A DNA stretch of 64,000 nucleotides, from positions 93,968 through 157,967 of the forward strand of contig JAFXEU010000052.1 of NCBI GenBank assembly GCA_017520845.1, read 5' to 3'. Shown here piece after piece: positions 1 through 11,500 of this stretch (within the stretch, counting starts at the first letter, position 1; each line of letters opens with the position of its first letter). The notes under the pieces are model-generated. The model was not told the DNA's origin and ran no database searches. It saw only the letters and a list, made by a program, of their open reading frames with translations. This stretch comes from Kiritimatiellia bacterium (GTDB taxonomy: Bacteria > Verrucomicrobiota > Kiritimatiellia > RFP12 > UBA1067). The translations under genes were made by a program, and so were the position numbers.

Positions 1-3000
1 GACAAAGGTGGAAGGATCAGGAATCTCATTGCCCTCATCGTCGAGCATCGTACCCATCTGATAATCGACGCCGGCGGTAAGCTGCGGATAAAACGTAACC
101 GTTCCGTCGTCATTCTTGACGCCTGGGACGGCACCCATCTGGAGATAAGCCATAAAGTCGCCGTCAACGTTGGCCGTCTTGTCGGAAGGCGTGAGCGGAT
201 TGAGGTTCATCATAACCTCCCAGCCGTCGCACATTCCGTCGCCGTCGGTATCCCAATGGCAGGGGTTCGTGCCGATTGCAAGTTCTTCCAGATCGGAAAG
301 TCCGTCCTTATCAAAGTCGGGATTGTCGCTGTACTGCTCGGCCGTGAGCGGTTCGCAGGGATTGAAGCGCGCTTCAACCTCATCGGCCGAAATCGGAGTA
401 CCCTTGAGGATGTTGTTGAAATCAAAGCGCTCGAATCTTACGTTCGTATTCGGAACGCGAGCCGTTACATGGGCGCGGTACCAGAGATAATATTCCCAAC
501 CGTCGGGGAAGCCGTCGCCGTCGGTATCCTCGACCGTCGGATCCATACGCTTGATCTCTCTGCCGCGGGGCTCGGGGCTCCAGACAAGGAGATCGGCCGC
601 CGTGGGCAGACTCGCTTCGTCGAACGTCGTGCCCTCGGCTTCGCTGCGCGCCTTCATGAACGCTCTCCACGCGAGAAGTTCGTTGGCGTTGACGAGATTG
701 CCCTGATTGTTCTTCTTGGGATTGCCCTCGTCGTCGAAATCGCAGAAGCTGGGATCGGACTTTACGACGTCAATCGCGTTGAGACCGGGATGGAAGCCGC
801 GGATTTCAAGACGCGCGTTGAACTCGGGTCCGATGGGAGCGTAGTTGAAGTTGTTCTGTCCGCCCTCGTAAACTTTGGGCAGACGATCGCCGTCAAGGTT
901 GAACCCGTTGAGAGCGATAAGATTGTTCTCGAGAATCGTTCCGCCCGAAAGAAGCTCGACCATATTGCCCGCGCCCCAGGTGTAGTGGGCGAAGATGTCG
1001 GGAATACCGTCGTAGTTGATATCGCCGAGATTGTCCTCACGGAAGTATTCGCGGGCGAAGACGGCCTCGACCTCGGTCTTGAGATAGTTGCCGTCGGGTG
1101 TCGTCTCGTTGGGAAGCGCTACGCGCCCGGGCGTCACGACGCCGCCGACTTCGGGGCTGAACGTCTCGCCGAGAATGCTGCTTTCGGTCTTGCTGTCCTG
1201 GGTTGTGGAATGGAGAATCCAGCAGTAGAAGAACGAATCCTTGACGTCGTTGTAAAGAACGTCGCCGGCCGCAAGAGGATAGTTGTAGAACGGACCGTTC
1301 ACATTAGGCTGGTGGAAGCCCTCCTGGGTAATCGGAATATCCTGACCGTTGTCGAGACTGCCGTCGTCGAGCGGGGCGGCAACCTTATAACCGAACGCGA
1401 AAATGTCCACGTCCGTGGTCGTGCCGCAGTTCCAGGTAAGTCTGAAATTCTTGGCGCTCGAGAACGTCATGCCCTCGGCATACGTATGACCGGCGCCGAT
1501 ACCGTCGAGCGAAGCGTACTTGCGCGAGAGGGGCGAGGTCGCGAGGCCTCCGCCCGGACCGTGCGCGGAAGTAATGAGGAACTTCGAAGGTGTTACCGTA
1601 TACTGATAAACATAGGTGGCGCTTCCGCCGTCCTTGTCCTCGACGAAGAACGTCACGTCGATATCGCCCTGGAGATTGCCGAAATCGGGCTCGAATTTAC
1701 CGCTCTGACCCATTTCCGTGACATAGAAGGTCTGACCGTTCTCAGGACCGGTAATCGTGATCTTGATACCCTCCTTCACGCCGTCGGACCATTTTTCGGT
1801 GAAATCGGCGTTGATGTCGCTCGCGGGGCCGAACGACCAGGAAATCGGACGGTCCTTGCAAACGCCTCCCGAAACGACCCAGCGGTTCGTATTCTCCGAG
1901 GTTATGGTACATGCGGGCGCGACGTTTGCCACGAGAACAAGTTTGTCGCCCGGCTTGTAATAATCACTCGCCACCGCGCCACTGGTCGGCAGCCTTTCGT
2001 CCGGAATCAGGGAGCCATTGGCATCCACCGCGCCGACGACTTCCGCCTTGATGGTAAAGCCGTAAACGGACGAATCAATTGTACCGTCAAGTTCTGTAAT
2101 CGCGATACCGATAGGCGCCATACCGTCAAAATCGACGTAATAGACATTCTCGCCGTCGGCGGGATCTTTAGACTTGAAAGAATCATCAAGCTTAAAGCAA
2201 CCGTAATTCGGCTTGTCCTTAACCTTATCCTCGACAGTGAGTTTAACTCTCAGTTTGCCGTCGAACCTGTCATCCCAATAGGTGAGTCCGACAATAACCT
2301 TTTTATTCTTCTCGTTTTCAAGATATACATCATCCGCCGAAACCTCGACAAAAGGATTGTCGAGCACATCGACATGAACCTCGTAGTCGGCGGCGGCGAA
2401 GCGCGTCATATCCTTATCCTTAACCTGCGCCCTGATCGTCCACCTACCCGCTCTGGGGAAGTTGAATTTGAACGGATTTTCATCCGGATTACCCTTGATC
2501 TCGACAGGATCAACGTAATTGGCTCCATCAAGCTTAACCGTCCACTTTACAATAAAGAGGTCATTGGAATTGGTGGTGGTCATGTCGAATGCCCCGGCAT
2601 CCGTAACGACAGCCTTAAACGTGCGCTCCATTCCCTTGGGGATCTTGTTGGGATAAACGTAGCCGTCCGTCTCGGACTCGTTTCCGTTCATCTCAATCCA
2701 GTCGATGACGGGCTCCTCGTTGTAAACGGTAATATTGAGATAGTTTGAATCGAACCCGCGGATGATATTGTTCTCGTTATACGTGCTGGACGTGCAGAGC
2801 ACAACCTCAAACTGAACCGAAAGTCCACCGGAAGCTTCACTGTAACCGTCAAGGAACTGAATCTTCGAAGCGCTCGTCTCGGTGTTGTTCTTATTGATCG
2901 GAAGACCCTTGGTTCTCGACTTTTCGGTATCCTTGCAGACGACGAAGGTCGAGGATTTACCGAACATTCCGGAACTTATTTCATCATCGGTAACCTTCAA

Positions 3001-5028
3001 GAACGCGTAAATCGTATTGCCGGTATCGTTCGGCTCCGAAATGGTAATCTTAAACGATCCCTGCTCGCCTTCGCGGAATTCAGCCTTGTCCGTCGTTTCG
3101 ACTACGGTCGACGTGCGCGCCTCCTTAACCTTGGCGGTAAAGGTTCTTACTTCACTCTCCTTGCCGCTTATGGGAGACTTGACCTTGATCTGGCTCTGGA
3201 TGGCCTCGCCGGAGGTCGGGTAGTTCAAAACGGGAAGGACGGTCGTTCTTCTGTCGGCGCCCGTCGCCTTTTCATCGATGAGATAGAGCGCGCCGCCCTC
3301 GCCTACGGAGTAGCGCCCGTCGAGCGCAGTCCACAGATCCGTCGGACGGTACTTGACGAGAATCTCGTAGCCCGCGTCGAGATCGCTCGAGTCCGCGTAC
3401 GTGTCTTCGACGACGAGATTGATCGGAGTATCGTCGCCGGAGATGGCGAAGATTTCGGCGTTCTCCTCGGGCGTTACGATAACGGGCTTTTCGGCGACGA
3501 CCTGCATGCCCGCATCCTTGTAATTCTCAAGGAACGCCTGCGCATCGGCGTCGTCGACCGAAGGCTTGAACACGATGCGCGATGTGCCTGTCGTGAAAGA
3601 ATCGCCTCTCAGACAGAAGATGTAAACCTGCTTCTTGGCGGTCGAATTCGCGGGGATGGTGACGGTGGGGATTTCATAGTCGGGAAGAGCCGTAACCTCG
3701 GTCTCCGTTTCGGAGAAACGGATATATTTGCCGATGTCCTCCGCCGCGACGCCGTCGATGGTCGGGGTGATTTTCACGACCATATCCTTACCGTAGGCTT
3801 CAGAGAGATAAACGCTCATCACCGCGCCGTAAACCATATAGTTTCCGTTGGCGTACGCGATGGTACGGTCCGTCTCTACGGTAACCGTAGGCGGCAGAGG
3901 CTCGAGACACTTGACGGGCACCTCGATATAGTCTGTAATGCGGGTGCTCGTCGTTTTGGAGTAGTTGTAGTTCTTCCAGGGGCTCATGACGAGCTTGCAG
4001 GTCTGGCCGGAGCCGCCCGCGACGCCTTCAATCTGAAAATCTGCGGGGGTGATCTGTCCGCCGGAGAAAACGACCTTGCCGATATTAACCGTCTTCTTGT
4101 TGGTTCCGGTCGCGTCCATGTCGAGCTCGACCGTCTCGTTGGACTTGACGCGCACTACGCTCTCGTCCGTCGACCAGACGTAAAGCTCGATCTTCTTTTC
4201 CGGCGGAGCCTTGGCTGTGAGTTTCGGCGCAAGTCCGCCGCCTGTAATCGTCGATCCGGCATGAACGGAGCGCCAGATGCCGCTCGCTCCTTCAACTTCC
4301 CAGGTTTCATCAAACCCGATCGTCTGCACATAGAAATTGCACTTTGCGAGCGAATAATCCTGGACGGGATCGCCGCCGTCGGGAGACTCCACTCCGCCCC
4401 AGGTGGCTCTGTCGCTTTCGCTCATCGCCGATCTGGACCAGAACCAGAAATTGCAGCGGTTGCCGTAATCGCCGTTGGTGATCTCCCAATTGGTGAGATT
4501 TCTGATAAGGTACGACGGTTCGTCCGAACTGGAGTAATCAACAGAGCCGTCGGTGGCGGGACCGTTCTCGGTCGCGAGCACGATAGGAAACGCGACATCT
4601 CCAGGACGGGTCGTATACTTAAAGATAAGATCGGTAAACAATCCCGTATTGTCGTCTTCGCCGACGCCCTCTTCCCATGAATCGAGTACGGCGTAACGCT
4701 CCTGACCGGAGACATAGATGCCGATACCGAGCTTATATTCATCGGAGAGGATATCAACGCCGCTGGAAGTTATGCCCGCGATATTCGGCTTGACTCGCCA
4801 GATCGAATCGTCCGCACCCCGGACGCGCCTGATAAGCCTAACCTTGAAGTAGATGTCTTCGCCCGACGTCATCGGATTAGTGATGTCGACGTTGTACGAC
4901 ACCGAATTTCCTCTTTGATCGCACGGGCGGATCTCAAAGATATCGCCGTTGGCAATACCGAATGAGGCCCCGGCGGTCATAAGCCCCGTGGCTAACGTTA
5001 TCACTTTAAGGAGTTTACTCTTAATCAT
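1..5028 (-). CDS. Giant secreted protein (>1676 aa, runs off window start) with DxDxDG calcium-binding repeats
   Basis: Absent from the ORF track because there is no stop in the window. ATG at 5028 after AAGGG. N-terminus MIKSKLLKVITLATGLMTAGASFG is signal-peptide-like. The same frame reads MDPTVEDTDGDGFPDGWEYYLW and DFDKDGLSDLEELAIGTNPCHWDTDGDGMCDGWEV near the window start. No minus-strand ORF in this frame is listed as ending inside 1-5028. Confidence 0.85.
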   Translation of the reverse strand, partial: MIKSKLLKVITLATGLMTAGASFGIANGDIFEIRPCDQRGNSVSYNVDITNPMTSGEDIYFKVRLIRRVRGADDSIWRVKPNIAGITSSGVDILSDEYKLGIGIYVSGQERYAVLDSWEEGVGEDDNTGLFTDLIFKYTTRPGDVAFPIVLATENGPATDGSVDYSSSDEPSYLIRNLTNWEITNGDYGNRCNFWFWSRSAMSESDRATWGGVESPDGGDPVQDYSLAKCNFYVQTIGFDETWEVEGASGIWRSVHAGSTITGGGLAPKLTAKAPPEKKIELYVWSTDESVVRVKSNETVELDMDATGTNKKTVNIGKVVFSGGQITPADFQIEGVAGGSGQTCKLVMSPWKNYNYSKTTSTRITDYIEVPVKCLEPLPPTVTVETDRTIAYANGNYMVYGAVMSVYLSEAYGKDMVVKITPTIDGVAAEDIGKYIRFSETETEVTALPDYEIPTVTIPANSTAKKQVYIFCLRGDSFTTGTSRIVFKPSVDDADAQAFLENYKDAGMQVVAEKPVIVTPEENAEIFAISGDDTPINLVVEDTYADSSDLDAGYEILVKYRPTDLWTALDGRYSVGEGGALYLIDEKATGADRRTTVLPVLNYPTSGEAIQSQIKVKSPISGKESEVRTFTAKVKEARTSTVVETTDKAEFREGEQGSFKITISEPNDTGNTIYAFLKVTDDEISSGMFGKSSTFVVCKDTEKSRTKGLPINKNNTETSASKIQFLDGYSEASGGLSVQFEVVLCTSSTYNENNIIRGFDSNYLNITVYNEEPVIDWIEMNGNESETDGYVYPNKIPKGMERTFKAVVTDAGAFDMTTTNSNDLFIVKWTVKLDGANYVDPVEIKGNPDENPFKFNFPRAGRWTIRAQVKDKDMTRFAAADYEVHVDVLDNPFVEVSADDVYLENEKNKKVIVGLTYWDDRFDGKLRVKLTVEDKVKDKPNYGCFKLDDSFKSKDPADGENVYYVDFDGMAPIGIAITELDGTIDSSVYGFTIKAEVVGAVDANGSLIPDERLPTSGAVASDYYKPGDKLVLVANVAPACTITSENTNRWVVSGGVCKDRPISWSFGPASDINADFTEKWSDGVKEGIKITITGPENGQTFYVTEMGQSGKFEPDFGNLQGDIDVTFFVEDKDGGSATYVYQYTVTPSKFLITSAHGPGGGLATSPLSRKYASLDGIGAGHTYAEGMTFSSAKNFRLTWNCGTTTDVDIFAFGYKVAAPLDDGSLDNGQDIPITQEGFHQPNVNGPFYNYPLAAGDVLYNDVKDSFFYCWILHSTTQDSKTESSILGETFSPEVGGVVTPGRVALPNETTPDGNYLKTEVEAVFAREYFREDNLGDINYDGIPDIFAHYTWGAGNMVELLSGGTILENNLIALNGFNLDGDRLPKVYEGGQNNFNYAPIGPEFNARLEIRGFHPGLNAIDVVKSDPSFCDFDDEGNPKKNNQGNLVNANELLAWRAFMKARSEAEGTTFDEASLPTAADLLVWSPEPRGREIKRMDPTVEDTDGDGFPDGWEYYLWYRAHVTARVPNTNVRFERFDFNNILKGTPISADEVEARFNPCEPLTAEQYSDNPDFDKDGLSDLEELAIGTNPCHWDTDGDGMCDGWEVMMNLNPLTPSDKTANVDGDFMAYLQMGAVPGVKNDDGTVTFYPQLTAGVDYQMGTMLDDEGNEIPDPSTFV

Positions 5029-5052
5029 GTTTTTTTCCCTTCTTAAAATCTT

Positions 5053-5580
5053 TTACCTGACGGCTTTCGCTTTTTCCTCTTCTACGAGTTTCTTATACGC
5101 TTCTAAATTGGCATTGGCCTCGGCCTTTAGTTTTCGCGCGCGGATGATCCGTCTCATTTCAGCCTGACGCCGCGCCTCGAGCCTTTCGAAATTCGCCTTC
5201 GATTCCTCGCACTTCCTCTCGAGTTCGGCGATGGTCTCGTCTGGGGCTTTGGCGTCCTTCGCCCTCTGAAGCTCCGCCTTTCTCACTTCGTATTCGCCGA
5301 GCGCGCGATTCACCTTCCTGATTTCCTCTTTGCTTTTCGCGGCGAGCTCCGCTTTGTAGGCCTCTTCGGTGGAATCTTTTTCGCGGACCGCGGTCACGTT
5401 GACGTCGAGCTTGAGTTCGCCCTTGCCCAGTTTATCGTTGACCCTGGCCGCCGCCTGCGCGTCGGTCAACGTCTCTTTTGGAACGTCAATCTTCCCGGGA
5501 TTCTCCTCCTTGGAGCATCCCGAGAACATTGCGAACGCGGCCAGGGCCGTATACAGATAGAACTTACGGCTCATTCTCAT
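5053..5580 (-). CDS. Coiled-coil lipoprotein
   Basis: Lipobox-like AMFSGC after a hydrophobic stretch, then a charged helical body. Overlaps the stop of the upstream giant gene; the start may be the ATG at 5574. Confidence 0.8.
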   Translation of the reverse strand: MRMSRKFYLYTALAAFAMFSGCSKEENPGKIDVPKETLTDAQAAARVNDKLGKGELKLDVNVTAVREKDSTEEAYKAELAAKSKEEIRKVNRALGEYEVRKAELQRAKDAKAPDETIAELERKCEESKANFERLEARRQAEMRRIIRARKLKAEANANLEAYKKLVEEEKAKAVR

Positions 5581-8500
5581 AGAAATTCTCCTTCTTCAAA
5601 GGCTCGACCGGGAACTGTTCCAGACGCGTATCCAGCGACCAGCTGAAGAAAAGCGCGTCGTTGGGATGCGCCAGGTGCCAATCGTACCAGCCGTTCGAAT
5701 AGCCAGGCGTATCCTTGGAGAACGGATCCTTGATTTCAACGCTCGTGACGAAATCTTCGTCGAACGAATCCTCCGTAAATACGAACCAGCGCTGCGGGAT
5801 CCAGTTATCCTTGTTGCCGAGTTTATTGAATCCGTTGTTCAAAAAGCCTGTGATCTTGAACGTGACGTTAGTCCATCTAGCCGAGGAATAAGAGTAATTC
5901 ATGCTGTTCTCGCCCTTGCCGCGGCCTCTTAAAACGTAGGGTGCCCAAGCCGTGTTGTAATACATGCTCTCGGCGTTCTCCGTCTTGTTCGTGATATAAA
6001 GCTTAACGTCCATCTTGAAATTGGGCGCATCCGCGAGGTAGTCGACGCCGTCGATGCTGACAGACCTCGTAATGGGCTGGGGCGGGCCTACCATTCCGCC
6101 GCGGAAGACGAAGTCGCCGGCGGTCGGATCGATGTCGAGCCAGTACATCTGGGTCAACGTGAGATTAGTCACGATATTGCCCGAAAGAGACTGATATTCG
6201 GCGAGCTTGATGTCGTCGGAATCGGGATTAGCCCATTCTCCGAACTTAAGGCTCTCGCCCTTCTCAAGCCAGTCTACGACGGCATCGCGGTACTTGTTGT
6301 CGGGCCCAAGGCCGTATTCGTTGACGAGCCGGTCATCCAACTTCGCGGAGGCGACGACCGTAACGTTGTTCGAGGCTCCCACGCCGACTGTCGTCGTAAA
6401 TATCCTCGGACCCGCGGGGGTCCAGGAGGCGGCGACGCCGTTTGTCGTCACTTTCGCGAGATCATACCAGCGGTCGACCGTGTATGTGATGTTCGTTCCC
6501 CTCTCGCTGCCCTTCGGGATAACGAGAATAACGTTGCCGTTCGTGTTTACCGCGTCGCCGACCGTCTGGCGGATATGTCCGAAAACGGTATCGAGGTTCG
6601 CGTAAAGGAGGATGGACGTTCCGTTCGGCGTCGGATGATCCGGATCGATCTGCTGACCGATGTTTATACGGCCGGGAGTGCACTGAACCAGATTGGTCCA
6701 ATTGCCAATATCCTCGCCGCGCGACGTCATGACGCTGAGAGAGACTCCCTCTCCCTGATCATCGTTGCCGATGTAGATAAAGCGGCTTCCGGGCATCAAC
6801 CTGTTGAGTATCTGGACATTGTTGGAAGGATTCTTCTCCTCATAGAGCGGAGTACCCGGGGTGAACAGGCTCTTTCCTACAAACAGAATCTCATGCTCGA
6901 CGATGCCGCTTGCGCGAACGAGCTGCACCCCGATCGGGTATGTATGGTAGAGGTTTCCGCTCTTGGCCATAGCCCAGCCCGCGTTCTGGATTTTCCAGAC
7001 GCCGTCCAAAGTCCCGTCGTCATACTTGAGCCTGCCTGAAGAAGCCGACTTCTGATTGGCGATGACGCGGTAAACCATATTTGAGGCCATGCCGATAAGA
7101 TTAGGCTTCGTAGAAGGAATCACGTCTCCGAATACCGCGACAGTGTTCGTCACAACATGGCTGTCATCGGTCGCCTCTACCATCTTCACGCTCCAGCCGC
7201 CGATATCGGCCTCCGCGGGCACGGCGATTTCGACATACTGGTAGTCGCTGTCGGTATTCTCCACCGAGCCGCTCTCCGTTCCGTAGATGTTGACCTCGTT
7301 GATCCACGCCCAACCGGGCGCGACGGAGTCGAGAATCGAATATGCCGAGAAGCTGTCCTTGCCCGCATTCTTGTCGACACCCTTATACCACTCGGGCGTT
7401 ACCCACGATCTGGCCTCGGAAAGGAAGTTTGTCTGTGGCGTCTGCGAACCCTTCGTGTAGTAGATGACTTCAAGTTCGTACTGAACCGTCGTGGACTTTT
7501 TGCTGATCGTCTCGATGACGGCGTCCTGCGCTAGCCTGTAGCTCGAACGGTAAAATCCGTTCGTATCGGTAGCCTCGGCGAGATAAGCCGACTTCGCGAG
7601 GTTGTTGGAGCGCCAGTTGTTGTAGCCCCACGGAATTTCTCCCTCGAACCAGTGGAGTTTAACGATGGGCTTGCGCGTCAGATCTATCTCGTCGGCGAGC
7701 TGCGACGGATAAACCTCGCACTGTACGCCCCAGCTCTCGCCCGCCATGGGCTGCTGTTCCATGCTCGGAACGTTCGGTATGTACGTCATCGTGTCGAGCC
7801 CGGTGCGGAAAGCTCCGACGCGGCGGAACTCGAACCTCGCGCGGATCGCCTCCGAAACGAGAACTTCGTCGATGAGAACCCTGACCGGCTCGTCGTAACC
7901 CTCCGGCGCGTAGTTGGGCGGATTCGCGGAAATGACGCCCTTTACTCCCGTAACCGCGAGACGGAACGCCTTGTACTCCTTACCGGGCTCGGTCTTCTTC
8001 GTATATGTCGTGTATGTTGAATTGGAAACGATGAACTTCCCGATCTCAACCCAGTCGGAATTGAGCGCGCCCGTGTACGAGCCGTAGACCGTGACCTGTG
8101 CGGGCTGGGGATTGTCGACGTCGTACTTGCGCGCCTTGAACGAGATCTCGCCGACCACGTTCGTCGCGAACGTCGGCGTCTGGAGGAACGGCTGATACTG
8201 TTTGTATTCCTCGCCCTGCAGAACGTAAACGTCGTCCGTCACGGAGTTGTTGAGCGCGAGCGACATGCCGTTCGGCAGGCCCGTCGTCCTGTCGTAAAGA
8301 TACATTCTCTTCTCGAGATCGTCCGGCTCTCCGAGCGTTCTTAAGTTCCAGCCCCACCACGCGCGGTAATCGAGCATGGGCTCGTCGCGCGAGTAGACTT
8401 CCGTAATGTAGATTTCCGGGAAGTCATCGGGATTCGTCAGGCTCTGGCTCGTATTAACGAGAGCCGGATCCATCACAAGACGCATGACGCCCTTGACGCC

Positions 8501-11500
8501 GTGAAGACCGAGATAGCAGTTCCTGACGCCGCCCTTGAGCTCCGCGTCGCTGAGAGCCGAGAAGCTGAAGTTGGTAACCGTCGTCCAGCGGTCTTCGTTG
8601 GTGTCGATACCGGACATCGTCGACTCCGAAACGTTGTTCGTGGCGATCTGCAGGAGGAGATTTACGTCCGGATGCGCGTTCTTGTATTTGAACGAGAACA
8701 TGCCGAGACCCTCGCCGCGCAGGGCGTAGCTGCTCGTGTAGCGGCCGTCGTACAGAGGTCCGCGGATGGACGAGGGGCTGTCGTCGGGCTTGGTTCTTCT
8801 GGCCGAAAGCATGATCGCGCCGTCCCGGATCCACGCCGTCGTGAACACGAAATTCGTATAGCCGTTCTGGTACGTGTCGGGCTTCCAGTTGCCCAGCCCG
8901 ACAGATTCCTGGGCATCGTCCCACTCGCCGCCGCGGAACTGCGAAATCTCGATATCGTCGATTACGATATCCGTCCTTAAGGCGCTGTCGCTCACCCCGC
9001 CCGCGGCGATCTTGACCGAGCAGTCGTCAAGCGAATAAATGTCGATCTCGAAGGGAGTCTGCCTGCCCGACTTGCCGAACGTATCGATCGTCCTCTCGGT
9101 TAAGAGCGTCCAGGGCGAAGACTTGCCCGCGGGAGCCGTGTAGATTTCAATCTTCTGCGTAGGTACGACCGCCTTAAAAAGCTCCTTCTCGACATCATAC
9201 CCTAAGCGCTCCGACCACGTGACCCAATCGTCGTTGGCCATGGTCTCTACGCAATCCGTCTCCGTGCCGCTGAAGGTGACCGCCAGATCCGAATACTGGT
9301 TGACCGAGTTCGCGACGATAGACGGCCTATCCTTCTTGTAATCCTGATATATCTGCCCCATGATCGAGGCGGGCTCCGACAGCACCTTAGGCCTGGCGAA
9401 AACGCCTTCGCTGTTCGCCGTTAAAAATCCGTACGTGCCCTGCGTCAGCTTGTCCGAACTCGTATCCAGAAGGACGATGTTGCTGAACTTCTGATTGCTC
9501 AGATTTTCCTTGACGGTCCACTGGCGCTTCATGCCGGCCGCGTCGCGCCTGAATCCGGCCGCGAGACAGACGCCCTCGGTGCAGTTGGAAACCGAGAAAT
9601 AAAGACCCTGATAGCCGAGTTCCCCGTCGCACTCCGGCCAGCTTATGTTGAAATTTTTGGAGGTGTTCTCCTTGTATCCGATGCGGGTAGCCACGAACCT
9701 GCCGCCCTTTAAGCGCCAGCGGTAGAACGAAAGTCTCTGACCCTTGCGCTCGGCGGTATAATTACCCGAACCGTCGGTTCCCGCCGCGCGGATCTGCTCT
9801 ACACGCAGTTCATACGCGCCGACTCTCGGACGGTAATACGCGAAAATCGAAAGCGACGCGTTACCCCTGAAGGCGGTATTCTTCTTGGTGTCGAACGCTC
9901 CGCCGACTACAACCGTATAGTTCGACATCGAAGATATCGAGCCCGCGTTGTAGTACGAAACATCATCGAAAATCATCTTCTGGGCCAGACGCGCGTTGAA
10001 GCTGATGGTCTCGATACCGCGCGGCGAATCGCTCGAGTCGACGATCTCGAGATTGCCGAGCCCGTTGCCCATCATCTGCAGCGCGCGGTCTATCGCCTTG
10101 TTCTTCTTGGTCTTATCGGTATTATCCTTATAGTTGCCGTAAATGAACATGCCGTTGTTGATGTTCCAGCCGTTCGGAGACAGGGCGTTTATGAACTCAA
10201 CGTAGTCCGAGGCCGCCATGGCCGTAGTCGTATCGAAACTCTCTTTCCAGAGCTTGCTCGTCTTGGCCATATCGACCCAGTTCGTCGCGCTTACCCTCGT
10301 CTCGATCGACTTGGGCGAAGCGCCGGTCTTACCCTCGTCCTCGGTAGAGTTGCCTACGAAAATCTCCGCGCCGTTCCTGTTGTTCGCGTCGTTCCACGTA
10401 TTGAAATTCTGGTAATCGGCGCGGACTATCGTCATCGCCTTCGTCTCTTCGTCGATCTGGAAAAGGAGATAACCCGTAACGCCGTCGACCGGGAGAGTCG
10501 AGTACTCGGGCGCCGCGGTCTCGGTAAGCTTGTCGCTGACGGGAAGCTTCGTCCAGTTTTCAGCGATCTTGAAGTAATTCGTCGTCAGATTGCGCTCCGT
10601 AGCTCCGCTCACCTGCTCGTTCATGAACTCAAGGCGGTATTCAATACCGTTATCGTTCTTGTCGAGCGTCTGATAAAGACCGCGCCACATCCCCTCGCCT
10701 ACGAGTTCCATCGGAATTGAATTCGTCTTGTAAACGGTATCCGTGTAATCGTCTTCAATCTTTTCCGTGATAACGAGGTTAACGCGCTCAAAGTTGCTCT
10801 TGCCTTCGCGAAGACGGATAAACCAGTCCGTACCGCAGCTTTCGAGCTTTGTCGCCGAGTCGAAGCGGTTTGTTACCTGGGCCGTATTCTCGCTGTAATA
10901 GCCGCCGAGTTTCAGGTCTGCGCCCGAATAGTCGACATAATCGTAGAAGGGCGCGTTAAGCCACGAAACGAAATAATACTCGACGTCGCCGGGCTTGTCT
11001 TTCTCGAGCCTCATGGCTTCAACGGCCTTAAACCCGTTCTTATGGTCGAGAGTTACGCCCTTCCATTCGCTGACCTGCTGCTCGAGATAGCGCCAGCGGT
11101 AGAACATCTTTGACGCCACGACGAATTTGCCCGTATCAGCGTCGGGATCGGCGGCCGAAACGGTATATACCGGCTTCGCGCGGCCGATAATCTCGTCCTT
11201 CACCGACGGGAACGGTATGTCGAACGCGCCTTCAAATCCGAGAGTGCTCTTGCCGAACTTTCCGGGATCGAACGTGCCGTACGACTCAAGATCCATTCTC
11301 ATCGAAGGATACGAGGCGATGACGTTGTCGATAAGGATGAACGCGCCGTCTTCGCCCGCACCATCCGCTAGCGAAGCTCTTCTGATTCTGAAGCGGATAG
11401 GCCCGTTGTGGTTGAGCTTGGCATATACGCGGAAGAAATTCCTGGCCGTTCCGCCGTTAGCGATATCGAGAGCCAGCTCCTCCGTCTCCACCGGCGCGTC

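Noticed and set aside
256-2748. 830-aa plus-strand ORF
   Set aside because: Antisense shadow of the real minus-strand giant gene (1-5028); no recognisable motifs.
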